A stretch of 64,000 nucleotides of DNA from a virus, in IMG/VR virus record IMGVR_UViG_3300031999_000008, positions 26,904-90,903 of that record. One strand, 5' to 3'. Positions within the stretch are counted from its first letter, which is position 1, and each line of letters starts with the position of its first letter. Positions 30,151 through 39,670 of the stretch are shown in pieces. A program made the position numbers and the translations under genes. Below the pieces are notes generated by a model that saw nothing but the letters and a program-made list of their open reading frames with translations, did not search any database and was not told the origin of the DNA.

Positions 30151-30622
30151 ATGTGTCTTCATTGACCTGAACGATTCCGGGACACTCTTCGAGACCACAG
30201 CGGTAGTTGAGCGTTACTGTTTCACGTAGGTCCTCCGTTAAGAGATCCAGAACTTCCACGTCCATACCGCCTACCATGACGTTGTGTATCTGCTCAGATA
30301 GAGCGAGTTGCTCCCGTACAAAATTAGTTCTGTTTTTACAGATAGGACAGATTACGGGAACGACTCGCCCCGTCATGGACTTTTCCCATCGCGTCGCAGG
30401 TTCTGCAAACGCCGCTGCCGTATTAGCTTCTACTTGCGTGACGTGCTTCTGACAGCTCTCACAGCGGAACATCTTCTGTGATTCAAAAGTATCCTCGTGC
30501 TTCAAATCTAAAAAAGAAAAGTCATCGGAGTAAGGTGCTCCCTGTTGGGAATACACATAACACCCAACGATGCGCAGTTCTTTTGAGTAACAATGCGGAC
30601 ATTGAACTTGGTCAGTAGGCAT
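30131..30622 (-). CDS. Multi-Zn-ribbon hypothetical protein
   Basis: Four Cys pairs. Confidence 0.6.
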   Translation of the reverse strand: MPTDQVQCPHCYSKELRIVGCYVYSQQGAPYSDDFSFLDLKHEDTFESQKMFRCESCQKHVTQVEANTAAAFAEPATRWEKSMTGRVVPVICPICKNRTNFVREQLALSEQIHNVMVGGMDVEVLDLLTEDLRETVTLNYRCGLEECPGIVQVNEDTFKVSPL

Positions 30623-30680
30623 CCTGCCTTAATACGCGACGCTTATAGTTTTGCAAAGTAAAAACGCGATATCTAGCGCC

Positions 30681-31022
30681 TCAGTCGCACGCAAGACCCC
30701 TGCGCTCCCATTCGGGCAAGAACACGTCCGTGAAGATGAAAGACGCATCCATAGTGACTCCTTCCGTACGAAGGTACGTATATACCCCTTGCGCCCCCTT
30801 ACGGACATACGCTTCGGCCATCGCGTGATAGTCAAAATCTATGTGGGATGTATTCGACTCGGGTTCTGCATCCAACGTCCGTAACGCATAGACAAATTCA
30901 GTATCGGCCAAAAGTATATCGACCGCTGCGCGTATAATACCGTCCATCAGGTCATGCGCTGTTCTGCACAATAATTTTTCTACTTCGGTATACTGCTTCG
31001 TCCGCATACGTGTATGGCGCAC
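30681..31022 (-). CDS. Hypothetical protein
   Basis: GAGAGGA RBS before GTG. Confidence 0.55.
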   Translation of the reverse strand: MRHTRMRTKQYTEVEKLLCRTAHDLMDGIIRAAVDILLADTEFVYALRTLDAEPESNTSHIDFDYHAMAEAYVRKGAQGVYTYLRTEGVTMDASFIFTDVFLPEWERRGLACD

Positions 31023-31043
31023 AAATCCTCTCAGGGCTAAAGG

Positions 31044-31067
31044 GAAAAAGCACGTTAGTGCTTTCTC
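31044..31067 (-). terminator. Terminator hairpin
   Basis: AAAGCAC-GTTA-GTGCTTT. Confidence 0.55.
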
Positions 31068-31094
31068 AACCGAGTTGTACTCCGTCTAGAAATA

Positions 31095-31676
31095 CTACCC
31101 CGCGTTGATCGCGGGGTTCAACTGCAACAACAACTGTTGGAGCGGCTCCAGCTCCTTGCGGATCTGGCGGTGCAGGTCTTTCGCCTGCCGCTCCAAGGCG
31201 CGGCTCATCTCACGACGCATCTCTGCGCGAAAGGCCACGAGCTCGGGGGCTGCCGTGGTTTCCGCCGGTACTTCCGGAGCGTCCGCGGTTTCGGCAAGCT
31301 CCGCCGAGTCCACGGTCCCCGTCTTCACCGACTTCTTCCACTTCTTGTAGACGGCGCGCATCTCTGATTCGAAGTCGTTGGACCCGTCATCCGTCGATGC
31401 CGAAAGCGCGGGCACCAGAGACAGGTGTCCAGTGCCGGAGCGCCGCTGCACTGCGGCCATCACACTCGCCTTGACCTCCTCCGCGATCTTCGGTCCCCTC
31501 ACTGCGATCTCCTTCTGGATCTTCTTCTGTGCTTTCTTTTTGAATTTCTTCTTCAGCTTCTTGGCCTCCGCGTCGTAGTCCGGCGCAGCGTCCGTAAACT
31601 TGTTGACCACAACGTCAACCACCTTGATCGCAACCGCAGTGCCGACTGCAACCCCTACCATTTCGGTTAGTCCCAT
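31095..31676 (-). CDS. Membrane-anchored basic coiled-coil protein
   Basis: N-terminal hydrophobic helix, Lys-rich run; AGGAG RBS. Confidence 0.65.
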   Translation of the reverse strand: MGLTEMVGVAVGTAVAIKVVDVVVNKFTDAAPDYDAEAKKLKKKFKKKAQKKIQKEIAVRGPKIAEEVKASVMAAVQRRSGTGHLSLVPALSASTDDGSNDFESEMRAVYKKWKKSVKTGTVDSAELAETADAPEVPAETTAAPELVAFRAEMRREMSRALERQAKDLHRQIRKELEPLQQLLLQLNPAINAG

Positions 31677-31720
31677 AACTTCTCCTTTTGAATCGAGGCT
31701 ATAAATGCCTCACACTATAT

Positions 31721-31744
31721 TATACCCTTAAAAGGGGGTATTTT
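31721..31744 (-). promoter_or_regulatory. Candidate phage promoter AAAA-N14-GGTATA
   Basis: Recurrent intergenic motif. Confidence 0.6.
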
Positions 31745-31816
31745 ACGTACCCCTAAAGAATACACACTCCGCGGTAAAGCGAAATGTGTATTTCGTTCGG
31801 AGATCCGTATACGGAC

Positions 31817-32329
31817 TCAGAACTTGTCGACGATTCGACAGAGACGCTTGTTCTCCAGAGTGAGCGCCCTAGAAACCTCCATCTCTACGAGCTCTTCGAG
31901 GGCCATCTCGCCCGCAAGTTGGACAGCAGCGGCGCGGCGTGCCGATTCTCGGTACGCTTCCGGCACGTCCTCGAACTCACTTTCATAAGTATCGTAAGCT
32001 CTCCCCAGGGCTTTGTCCCATACCGCGTCCTGCTCAGTCTCGATCTCCGACGCCGCCTCTGTCATCCATCGCTGGACGAGGGCATCGGCACGGACACCGC
32101 GCGCAAGCTCTTTTTCTCGGCGCTCCCGCGCCTTGCGCCCGGCGGGCGTCTCCCCGCTGAGCTGGAGCTCCGCGAGCTTGCGCTTCTTCTTACGATTCTT
32201 ATTCCGAGACTGTACGTCCGCAGCGTAGGTCTCAGAGTTGCAGTGTGAGGTGTACGCGCCCATCACGACAGCGCCAGTCATAGCAGCTATCGCAACAGGC
32301 ACTACGAGTGCCACAGCTTCCAATGCCAT
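31817..32329 (-). CDS. Membrane-anchored basic/acidic helical protein
   Basis: N-terminal TM, KKKRK run. Confidence 0.6.
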   Translation of the reverse strand: MALEAVALVVPVAIAAMTGAVVMGAYTSHCNSETYAADVQSRNKNRKKKRKLAELQLSGETPAGRKARERREKELARGVRADALVQRWMTEAASEIETEQDAVWDKALGRAYDTYESEFEDVPEAYRESARRAAAVQLAGEMALEELVEMEVSRALTLENKRLCRIVDKF

Positions 32330-32374
32330 ATGTTCTTCCTTTTTTTAGAGCCAACTAATTGAACTCTATATATT

Positions 32375-32398
32375 TATACCATTTTTATGGTTGGTTTT
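32375..32398 (-). promoter_or_regulatory. Candidate phage promoter AAAA-N14-GGTATA
   Basis: Recurrent intergenic motif. Confidence 0.6.
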
Positions 32399-32425
32399 TG
32401 AGTGCGCACAAGGCACTATGGCAGG

Positions 32426-32596
32426 ATGCCCAAGAACTCCTGGACCCGCCAACCGCCTATTCTTCGGTTGTTTGTGTTTCTCGAAGAGACCAAGTTACTA
32501 GCTAAGCGCGATGCGGTAAATGCGCAGCTTGCGCGTGCTAAGGTACTCTTAGAAACCCAACTTCAAGCAATGAAAAATACTCAAAATGGCAAATAG
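32426..32596 (+). CDS. Small coiled-coil protein
   Basis: MPKNSW start; coupled to 32586. Confidence 0.45.
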   Translation: MPKNSWTRQPPILRLFVFLEETKLLAKRDAVNAQLARAKVLLETQLQAMKNTQNGK

Positions 32597-34379
32597 CTGG
32601 CATGAATTAGACGCGGGTCGCCTCCTCCCCAAAGCAGTACGGGATGCACTGCTACAGGCCGGTAAGGCACAAGATGCGGTTACCAATGCGCTCGCCGTTC
32701 TAGAACTTGCGTTAGAAATCGCAGCAGCCGTTGCGGGACTAGCTTCGCAAGACCCTATTGAAGCAGTACTCCGCGAAGCCATTGCCCAAGCAGAGGCTTT
32801 CTTAGACGGTTTGATCGGTAAGACTACCGCACACGGCATTATGATCCCCATTCAGAAACAGTACTTCGGTATTGGGGATCCTATCCCGCCGGGTAACATC
32901 GATACGACGACGGTCAATCCTGCGTACAATGACTTATTACGAAGCGGATCTATCCCCGTCATCAAAGACGGGGTTATCGCGCCGGAGACTATCAGTTTTA
33001 TTAACTCCAATGCATACACTGTTGGAGGTAATCAAGGCTATTACCGCACACTTATTCAATCGATTCAAGATTCGGGAGACTTTGCAAAACCAGACTTCCC
33101 GTCGAATTACGCCGTTGCCGGCGTAAGTGTTATTTTCGGGTCAAAGAGCCTTACGGATATCTACCGGATTATAGCGTTGATCAACAAATTCTTACATTTA
33201 GGATTACGTGCGGATATGGGCGCGGGCAGCCAACCGCTGCCTCCCAATCTAACCTACCGTATCGCGCCTATTCCGACAGAAGGTAGAATTGGTGTTCAAT
33301 TAGACTGGACGCCGCTACCCCTGTTTCAGGTAAAGCCTTTATTTAGCCTTGAAAAGGCGCATATACGCGAAATATTCGTGGTTCGCTCCACTACACCGAA
33401 CTTTAGAGAAGCGTTCGCGTGGGGTAAAGTATTTCCTGCAGAACCTACCGCGTCTCAAGGCAATCTGCCTTCAACCCCGGATACCAAGGTAATCGCGCGT
33501 CTCACCAACGATGGCTTTATCAAACGGTATATAGATAAAGACAGTACCTTAAAAATAGGCGTGGCCTATTACTATGCACTGGCCATCCGGTACACCATCG
33601 ACGGTGTCGTCCAGCCTATGAGCAATTTCTCCAACGTGGTACGTGTTTTCTACAATGCCCGTCCGGGTAGCTCCCGTGGCGGTGTACCTCCTGATTGGTA
33701 CGCTACCGCGTCGCTCGCGCAGATGTTCCCCCTACTCCAAGACCTTGTAAGTAAACTGAAACTGCTACTAGAAGGATTGTTAACACGCAGCGCTTCAAAC
33801 AGCGGCATCGCGCAGATGCTTAAACAAACCGTACAGCAAATAAAGCAACTCGTAGAGCAAGCAGAACTGATAAACGCCGACCTCGCGCGCCTGCGTGCAC
33901 TACTAAATGATTTAGCAAATGCTGACGTAGGCGGTATTTACACGACAAGTTTCAGTGTTAAAACCGGAGGCATCCTAGCTTGGACCTCTGAGCTTGCTGT
34001 GCGCATGTCCAATCCTGAAGAAACGCACAGGCCCCCTTTTTCGGGTGGCGACTTAACGGCAGGGTTTGTGCTAGTTGCAGGCGCCCCCAATTTACCCCAA
34101 TTAGCAGGATTCGTTGCGCTCATGGACTTACTTTTCGGGTCGTCCGAAGCGAACCCAATCAACAAAGCATTAGACGTTCTCGGAACGCCTACCATAGGCA
34201 GAACCGGCGTAGTTTTCAACGAACGAATGACACCCTCCGACGCGCCAGGGTCTACCCCCCCAGCCGGTACTGGTGCGCCAGCAGTGGACGCTACTGTGAT
34301 CGTTGTGCCAGCTACCGTAGCCCCGACGCCCGTATTCGATACTAAAATGCAGCCGTCTTCAACGTTACCTGACTGTTAA
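32586..34379 (+). CDS. Putative baseplate/structural protein (helical plus FN3-like)
   Basis: 597 aa; W..L, YYYALAIRY, PPDW motifs. Confidence 0.5.
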   Translation: MANSWHELDAGRLLPKAVRDALLQAGKAQDAVTNALAVLELALEIAAAVAGLASQDPIEAVLREAIAQAEAFLDGLIGKTTAHGIMIPIQKQYFGIGDPIPPGNIDTTTVNPAYNDLLRSGSIPVIKDGVIAPETISFINSNAYTVGGNQGYYRTLIQSIQDSGDFAKPDFPSNYAVAGVSVIFGSKSLTDIYRIIALINKFLHLGLRADMGAGSQPLPPNLTYRIAPIPTEGRIGVQLDWTPLPLFQVKPLFSLEKAHIREIFVVRSTTPNFREAFAWGKVFPAEPTASQGNLPSTPDTKVIARLTNDGFIKRYIDKDSTLKIGVAYYYALAIRYTIDGVVQPMSNFSNVVRVFYNARPGSSRGGVPPDWYATASLAQMFPLLQDLVSKLKLLLEGLLTRSASNSGIAQMLKQTVQQIKQLVEQAELINADLARLRALLNDLANADVGGIYTTSFSVKTGGILAWTSELAVRMSNPEETHRPPFSGGDLTAGFVLVAGAPNLPQLAGFVALMDLLFGSSEANPINKALDVLGTPTIGRTGVVFNERMTPSDAPGSTPPAGTGAPAVDATVIVVPATVAPTPVFDTKMQPSSTLPDC

Positions 34380-34422
34380 AGCCGTTCAAATACACTAAAA
34401 TAGCCACAGCTAGGAGACTCTG

Positions 34423-34812
34423 ATGCCCAATTTAACAGTTTCGGCCACGCTGACCTACGGCGATACAACCCCCGACGGGGCCGTGCCTTGTCGCGAGCCC
34501 TTGTCGTTCACGCTCGCCTATACAGAAGCATCGATCAAGACAGTCCAGATTGCGGCTAGTACGACCGACTTCCCCATCTTGGTAGATACTGTGGGCGCCC
34601 CTAAGTTTATCTTTGCCAAGTCAGAGGCTACCGACGTAACGGTAAAACTGTCTGATGGGATCGTAGCAACCCCCACACCGACGAGCCTTTCTGTGGATGG
34701 TGGTTGGATCATGCTTGCTAACCCTAACGGCCAAGCAATCAAAAGCTTGCTCGTAACAACACCCGCTTCTCCTGCCAGCGGTGCACGTGTTAAGGTGATA
34801 GCCTTCGAGTAA
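34423..34812 (+). CDS. Small beta-rich structural protein
   Basis: AGGAG RBS. Confidence 0.5.
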   Translation: MPNLTVSATLTYGDTTPDGAVPCREPLSFTLAYTEASIKTVQIAASTTDFPILVDTVGAPKFIFAKSEATDVTVKLSDGIVATPTPTSLSVDGGWIMLANPNGQAIKSLLVTTPASPASGARVKVIAFE

Positions 34813-35105
34813 TGGAAAACGCGCTCACAGTGATTCTGCAACAAGGTCCGCTCGGCGCGATCACTGTCCTGTTCATTTATTTGTATTTAGCCGAACGTAG
34901 CAAGAATTCAGACTTGCAAGTCACGGTCGCGGAAATACATAAACATAACTATGAAACTCTAGATAAGGTTCGTGAGAGCCAAATCCGTAGAGAACAGGAA
35001 GTTGCCGCGACTCTAGAGGAGTACGGCAAGGGCGTCATTCAAGCCGTACACCATTCGACAGTGGTGTCCGAGGAATTACGGAGGCTTCACAATGTCCGCA
35101 AGTAG
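34812..35105 (+). CDS. Holin-like single-TM protein
   Basis: QQGPLGAITVLFIYLYL TM followed by coiled coil. Confidence 0.45.
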   Translation: MENALTVILQQGPLGAITVLFIYLYLAERSKNSDLQVTVAEIHKHNYETLDKVRESQIRREQEVAATLEEYGKGVIQAVHHSTVVSEELRRLHNVRK

Positions 35106-35397
35106 CCTAGAAGCGAAGAGCACCTCTGAGCTAGAGATCCTGAATAAACAGCTCGCTCAGACGCAAGCGCGTCAAATAAACAAAGAACTGACGCGCTTAA
35201 AGCGTGTGTCCGACCACACTGCTACAAAAGCGCCTACCGAAGCCGACAAGACCGGTCAATTCATCGTAGTGCCCCTCAATACCGTCCAAGGGGACACTAT
35301 TGAGAAAGCCCACGGCGAGGCCGTAAAAACGTGCACTGATAGCGGCATTGAAATGGATAAAGCTAAAAAAAGAAAGAAGTGGTTTAAGTGGGGTTAG
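35092..35397 (+). CDS. Hypothetical protein
   Basis: GGAGG RBS. Confidence 0.5.
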   Translation: MSASSLEAKSTSELEILNKQLAQTQARQINKELTRLKRVSDHTATKAPTEADKTGQFIVVPLNTVQGDTIEKAHGEAVKTCTDSGIEMDKAKKRKKWFKWG

Positions 35398-35720
35398 CTG
35401 ATTGTACCGGTGCCTGTACCTGACCCGGTTCCAGTTCCCGTAAGTGGGACTGTAGCGAGAGGCGCCAGCGTCGCAGCAAACGGCGTTACTGGATCCCGCT
35501 GAAGACCTGCTGTAGACGTAGTCACGTTAGTCGTTGTACTGATCGTATCGACTGTGACATTTACATTTACAGTGGCGTTCGCCTGTATATGCGTGACGAT
35601 GGCATCAGCCAACGCGTCGGCTAACTTTCGAAGAGAGGGACGTCCTTTCTTAGGCGTCTTAAACGTCGTATTTATGTTGGCATAAATAAGATCGGATAAC
35701 CCAGTCTTCGAAAGTGCCAT
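35394..35720 (-). CDS. Hypothetical protein, possibly spike-tip-like
   Basis: LADALADAIV.HI...A.V and terminal GTGTGTIS. Confidence 0.45.
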   Translation of the reverse strand: MALSKTGLSDLIYANINTTFKTPKKGRPSLRKLADALADAIVTHIQANATVNVNVTVDTISTTTNVTTSTAGLQRDPVTPFAATLAPLATVPLTGTGTGSGTGTGTIS

Positions 35721-35725
35721 AGCCT

Positions 35726-36001
35726 TTACCCTGATTTCTTCGGCGTGTACATCGACACCTGGGATCCTTTTTTCTCAGCAGGGCGATTACCGTGCGTATG
35801 CACGTACCCTGCTTTGAATTGTTTAGATCCCGGATACGACATTACTATAGTGTGGGGCAACACGCATGAGCTCGGCAACTTCGCAAAGTGCTTAGTGTGC
35901 TTGCACTCAGGACAGACTTCGGGCTTACCGTCTGAACCTTCGACGTAGTCATCGAATACGTGCCCGCAGTTGCCGCATTCGAAATCGTAGTGCTTTAGCA
36001 T
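35726..36001 (-). CDS. FmdB-like zinc-ribbon protein
   Basis: YDFEC..CGH.F...CP.C...KLPS. Confidence 0.75.
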   Translation of the reverse strand: MLKHYDFECGNCGHVFDDYVEGSDGKPEVCPECKHTKHFAKLPSSCVLPHTIVMSYPGSKQFKAGYVHTHGNRPAEKKGSQVSMYTPKKSG

Positions 36002-36412
36002 TTATGTACGACTTCGCCGAGGTTTGATGTCGCCAACGGGGTGATCGTCTTCGTCTGTGAACCGCTGGCGGCTGTCCATCTCGTCTTGTTTCGACTCACG
36101 GATCGAAAGGTATTTATCGCCTATTTCACGCAGTAGATCTGCAGCATCGTGTACATTGTACACGTTTAAAAAAGGTTGAATATCGATGATCTGACCATTG
36201 TCATCGATTTTGGCAGTACCAATCTTAAAGGAGTACTTGGGCACGGGCAGGGGTAATTCATTGACCTCCACAACCACACTGCCCTTTAGTTTCTTCTCTA
36301 CGGGCCTCCACGGGATCTTCGTGGCATTAGGATTAAATCGGGGTTTACGACCGGAATTGCTATTACTGTACATGGATTGGGGAAACTCCAAAATGATTTT
36401 ACGTTGAAGCAT
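36002..36412 (-). CDS. Hypothetical protein
   Basis: ORF track. Confidence 0.55.
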   Translation of the reverse strand: MLQRKIILEFPQSMYSNSNSGRKPRFNPNATKIPWRPVEKKLKGSVVVEVNELPLPVPKYSFKIGTAKIDDNGQIIDIQPFLNVYNVHDAADLLREIGDKYLSIRESKQDEMDSRQRFTDEDDHPVGDIKPRRSRT

Positions 36413-36433
36413 GTTTACTCAGACTATACATAG

Positions 36434-36505
36434 TGGGTCCGGCGGAAGTCGAATCCGCAATAAACAGGTTAAAAGCCTGCTGTCCTACCGTTGGACTACG
36501 GACCC
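36434..36505 (-). tRNA. tRNA-Lys(UUU)
   Basis: Cloverleaf; GCAGG-CTTTTAA-CCTGT; TTCGACT loop; no encoded CCA. Confidence 0.85.
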
Positions 36506-36590
36506 ATAACTATACAGGACTAAATAATACGGACACGTAAGAACAGTCAATAGTGTAACTCTAGGTTACTACTGGCCTTACGTTTAGCAA

Positions 36591-36749
36591 CTACTGCCAG
36601 GTTCCGCGATTGCCTTTGACCGCAGACTTACGGTCTTTCTTGTTACCGTGACACCAGCGGTGCACCGTGTCAGCAATGCCGTGTGCTTCTGCTTTACATT
36701 TGGTGCAGGACACAGCCTTGGCACCACTCGGACGAGATGACTTTCCCAT
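36591..36749 (-). CDS. Small basic Cys/His protein (52 aa)
   Basis: Manual translation MGKSSRPSGAKAVSCTKCK...; GGAG RBS. Confidence 0.5.
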   Translation of the reverse strand: MGKSSRPSGAKAVSCTKCKAEAHGIADTVHRWCHGNKKDRKSAVKGNRGTWQ

Positions 36750-36776
36750 TAATAAATCTCCGAATTAAAGAAACGG

Positions 36777-36848
36777 TGGGCCTACTTGGACTCGAACCAA
36801 GAACGTTCCACTTATGAGGTGGGGGCTCGACCATTGAGCTATAGGCCC
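36777..36848 (-). tRNA. tRNA with CAU anticodon (Ile2-like body; Met not excluded)
   Basis: GGGCCTATAGCTCAATGG...CTCATAA...TTCGAGTCC. Confidence 0.85.
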
Positions 36849-36886
36849 TTCACAACTGAAAAGCAGACGCTTTGCTGCTATACTCT

Positions 36887-36909
36887 TATACCGAATTTTT
36901 GTTTCTTTT
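36887..36909 (-). promoter_or_regulatory. Candidate phage promoter AAAA-N13-GGTATA
   Basis: Motif variant upstream of the CAU tRNA. Confidence 0.5.
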
Positions 36910-37130
36910 CATAACTCGGCGTCATCACCATCTTCAACGACAACGGGCTCTTCGTCGTCCTCTTCATCGTCTTCGGACGCCAGTCGCGTCACGCGTATGA
37001 TAAACGCGTTGCCGTCTTCATCTTCACATTCGAGAGACGCAAAGTCTTTTTTAACTTTAGGCGTCGTGTCAATACTAACTTTATCTTCGAGTGCCTCTGA
37101 TATAACTACAGCAAGTTCCCGTGCATTCAT
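36909..37130 (-). CDS. Small acidic protein
   Basis: Asp/Glu-rich tail. Confidence 0.55.
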   Translation of the reverse strand: MNARELAVVISEALEDKVSIDTTPKVKKDFASLECEDEDGNAFIIRVTRLASEDDEEDDEEPVVVEDGDDAEL

Positions 37131-37142
37131 ACATCCCCCAAA

Positions 37143-38021
37143 TCACTTCGCAGGAAAAAGGGCCCCCGCCCCAGCGAAGAGTTCTTTCGGCCATAAGCCT
37201 GAATTCATAGCAGCATTCCGTGTACGTGTATAGCGATTTTCCCAGTTACCAAAGGCAGTTGCAGACAGCTGCTGGATGAGCGCGTTAGCAAAGGGGTATC
37301 CACGATGACTTACCTTGAGTGCTGCGATCAAATCGTCGCGAGCCGGTGCGGGACCATTGACCGAATAACAATGGTAGACGGCCATGGCCAGGTCCTCTTG
37401 CATAGAGAGCCCCTTGGCACCTACGTCTATTTGTTTAGGGTCTGCGCCTTGGTAAAACGTAGACTCTAACGCGCGCTGCGAAGACAATAACCAGCCAATG
37501 GCAAAGTCCTTTTGTGCCGCATACGTCAAGGGATCTGCAAATACATTGTGATGCGCCACGGCCCAGCGTGACGCCGCGTCCCATTGCGGTCCCGTTTGAG
37601 GTACTTTGCCCGCGATAGGCGTAAACGTATCGCGTATTAGGGTACCATCTACGGGTTGGCCCGTCTTGGTACTACGTAGTAACCCGTCTTGGGTAACTAC
37701 CCAATCGAGCTGTGTGTACATGCTCCAAAGCTGGTGCAGCGCGTCTGATCTAGGCGCACCTACCTCGATAGCTCGCAAGAGCTGGAACACAGAACCCTGC
37801 GTCATACCCTTCGGGTAGACTGCGATATTGTGTAAGGGACCACCAGACATGGCGGCGCCGTCATAGCTCTGCACCGCGCCATACGTAGGCGCTTCAATCA
37901 TCGCTGTGAGATAATAAGCCCGCTCCATGTGCAACATGGTTGTGGGTTTAGGTACCGCGGCTACACCGTCAATCTTACAACCCGAATACTCGCCGAATTT
38001 ACGCCATCCTACGTTAGTCAT
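37143..38021 (-). CDS. Hypothetical protein, possibly lysozyme-fold endolysin
   Basis: 'IE..TYGAVQSYDGA.MS.G..H' resembles glycosidase E...D...S.G patterns. Confidence 0.35.
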   Translation of the reverse strand: MTNVGWRKFGEYSGCKIDGVAAVPKPTTMLHMERAYYLTAMIEAPTYGAVQSYDGAAMSGGPLHNIAVYPKGMTQGSVFQLLRAIEVGAPRSDALHQLWSMYTQLDWVVTQDGLLRSTKTGQPVDGTLIRDTFTPIAGKVPQTGPQWDAASRWAVAHHNVFADPLTYAAQKDFAIGWLLSSQRALESTFYQGADPKQIDVGAKGLSMQEDLAMAVYHCYSVNGPAPARDDLIAALKVSHRGYPFANALIQQLSATAFGNWENRYTRTRNAAMNSGLWPKELFAGAGALFPAK

Positions 38022-38274
38022 TTTTAGTATCCTTCAAGACTATTTGTTTCTTTAGGTACTCAACTTGATTACGCAGTATCGCAATTGACGTTTCTAGGTC
38101 CTTGGTATAGCCCGCGCCTTCTTCGTAGATGGCCGTCAAATGGTACATCAACACGCCGCGCACGCGTTCACGCCAACGTTCTTTATCGTCACTTTCTTCT
38201 ACGGTACGCTCAATGTCCGCGCGCACCAATTCCAGGTTGTTCAACACAATCCGTGTTTTACGATCTTGGGGCAC
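38014..38274 (-). CDS. Hypothetical coiled-coil protein
   Basis: ORF track. Confidence 0.5.
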   Translation of the reverse strand: MPQDRKTRIVLNNLELVRADIERTVEESDDKERWRERVRGVLMYHLTAIYEEGAGYTKDLETSIAILRNQVEYLKKQIVLKDTKND

Positions 38275-38567
38275 GTCTTAACCTAACCGTTGCAGCTAAA
38301 AAGAACAACAAACCTAAGGGTTAACCCCCGAGAGTCTGTACACAGCGGACTGTGACGAACTACTCGGCTCTAGCCGCAAAATAGGTTTGTTGGGAATGAT
38401 GTCGTCAATGCATTGAAGACGGTGCCGTTTACTGATCGGCGCCCATTTGGCAAAATAGTATAAAGTACGTCCTTGCATGCGCAGGACCAAATTAACGTCT
38501 TTTCCTTTCCATTCCCCCATTAAATGATTTGGTACATCAACCGGTATACTCACTGCATTTCCCCCGG

Positions 38568-38638
38568 TTCGGGGTGAGGGATTCGAACCCCCGTTCACGC
38601 TGTCAAAGAGCGTTGTCCTGCCATTGGACGAACCCCGA
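38568..38638 (-). tRNA. tRNA-Gln(UUG)
   Basis: ACGCT-CTTTGAC-AGCGT; TTCGAAT. Confidence 0.85.
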
Positions 38639-38670
38639 ATGTTGCCTTCTCCACACGTAAGCCCTTTGTA

Positions 38671-39399
38671 TCACGGGTCGATGCCTGTGAGAAGCGCGTA
38701 CAAACTGGTAATTGGAATTCGGCCCTGCAACGTCGCAAGGACTGTCACCATGGCTTCACGCAGCTCGCGCGGCACCATGCCTTGTTCTTGTGCCGCAAAG
38801 CGCAGTGCCTTACTCACGATTTCTCGTTCGTAGTCCGCAAGCTCGGTCCGTTCAAACCGCTCAACGCGGTCTTTAATGCGGTCCTCGGAAATAATAGTGC
38901 GCCCTCGTGACCGGGGCTGCGGCAGGGTCTCACCTTCAGGAGGTTTCTCGAACCGCACTCCCTCGGGTAATTTGTCAACCGTCTGACACGCGTCGTAAAG
39001 CACTTTGCGAATGCTGCGCTTACGCGCCTGTTGACCGCTTGTGTAGCGGTAGTATTGGGACATTGTTGTGATGCCCAGTTTTTCAATAAAAGCAGGGACG
39101 GTTAATCCCGAAGCTTTCTGAACACGTTTCAACTGTTCAGGATCGAAGTCCGGAACTGTCTCAACGGTGTCGTCTTCAAGACCTGCCTCAGCGGGAGGTA
39201 TCGGCCGTGGAGCTCGGGGATTCCCGTATTTCGTAAATGCTGCAGCGAGTGCTGCTTTCGTACGCGCCCCTACGGGTTCGGCATTGCCATGCGTCCACTT
39301 CGAAAAAGTGCGGGCACTAATGCCCATTTCCTGAGCCAACTCTTTTTGTGTAAGTCCTGAGGCCTTCAATAAATTTGCGTATTTCGCAATGGTCTTCAT
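38671..39399 (-). CDS. Transcription regulator with two XRE-type HTH domains
   Basis: SGLTQKELAQEMGISARTFSKW.G..EP and SGLTVPAFIEKLGI; start MKTIAK after AAGGAGGG. Confidence 0.8.
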   Translation of the reverse strand: MKTIAKYANLLKASGLTQKELAQEMGISARTFSKWTHGNAEPVGARTKAALAAAFTKYGNPRAPRPIPPAEAGLEDDTVETVPDFDPEQLKRVQKASGLTVPAFIEKLGITTMSQYYRYTSGQQARKRSIRKVLYDACQTVDKLPEGVRFEKPPEGETLPQPRSRGRTIISEDRIKDRVERFERTELADYEREIVSKALRFAAQEQGMVPRELREAMVTVLATLQGRIPITSLYALLTGIDP

Positions 39400-39453
39400 A
39401 AAGTAAACCCTCCTTGGTCTATGGCCTTTTACCAGAACCAAGGAGGGCATTCG

Positions 39454-39537
39454 TAGGGACGGTCGGACTCGAACCGACAAGGCCGTTAAGCCCAAGCATT
39501 TTAAGTGCTCTCTGTCTGCCAATTTCAGCACGCCCCC
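39454..39537 (-). tRNA. tRNA-Leu(UAA)
   Basis: GAGCA-CTTAAAA-TGCTT, long variable arm. Confidence 0.85.
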
Positions 39538-39541
39538 GCAG

Positions 39542-39614
39542 TGGAACCAGACGGGCTTGAACCGCCGACATCAGCCGTGTAAAGGCCGCGCTCTACCAAC
39601 TGAGCTATGGTTCC
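39542..39614 (-). tRNA. tRNA-Val(UAC)
   Basis: CGGCC-TTTACAC-GGCTG. Confidence 0.85.
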
Positions 39615-39670
39615 TGGACTAAAACAAAAACGCTTTCACGCTTTGTTTTAAGAGGTAACACTACACCTCG

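Noticed and set aside
38554-38598. ORF start inside tRNA-Gln (MNGGSNPS...)
   Set aside because: Translation of the T-arm of a canonical tRNA; a downstream start is available, unlike the Pth2 case
39400-39531. N-terminal extension of the HTH ORF
   Set aside because: Runs through tRNA-Leu; a strong RBS precedes ATG 39399
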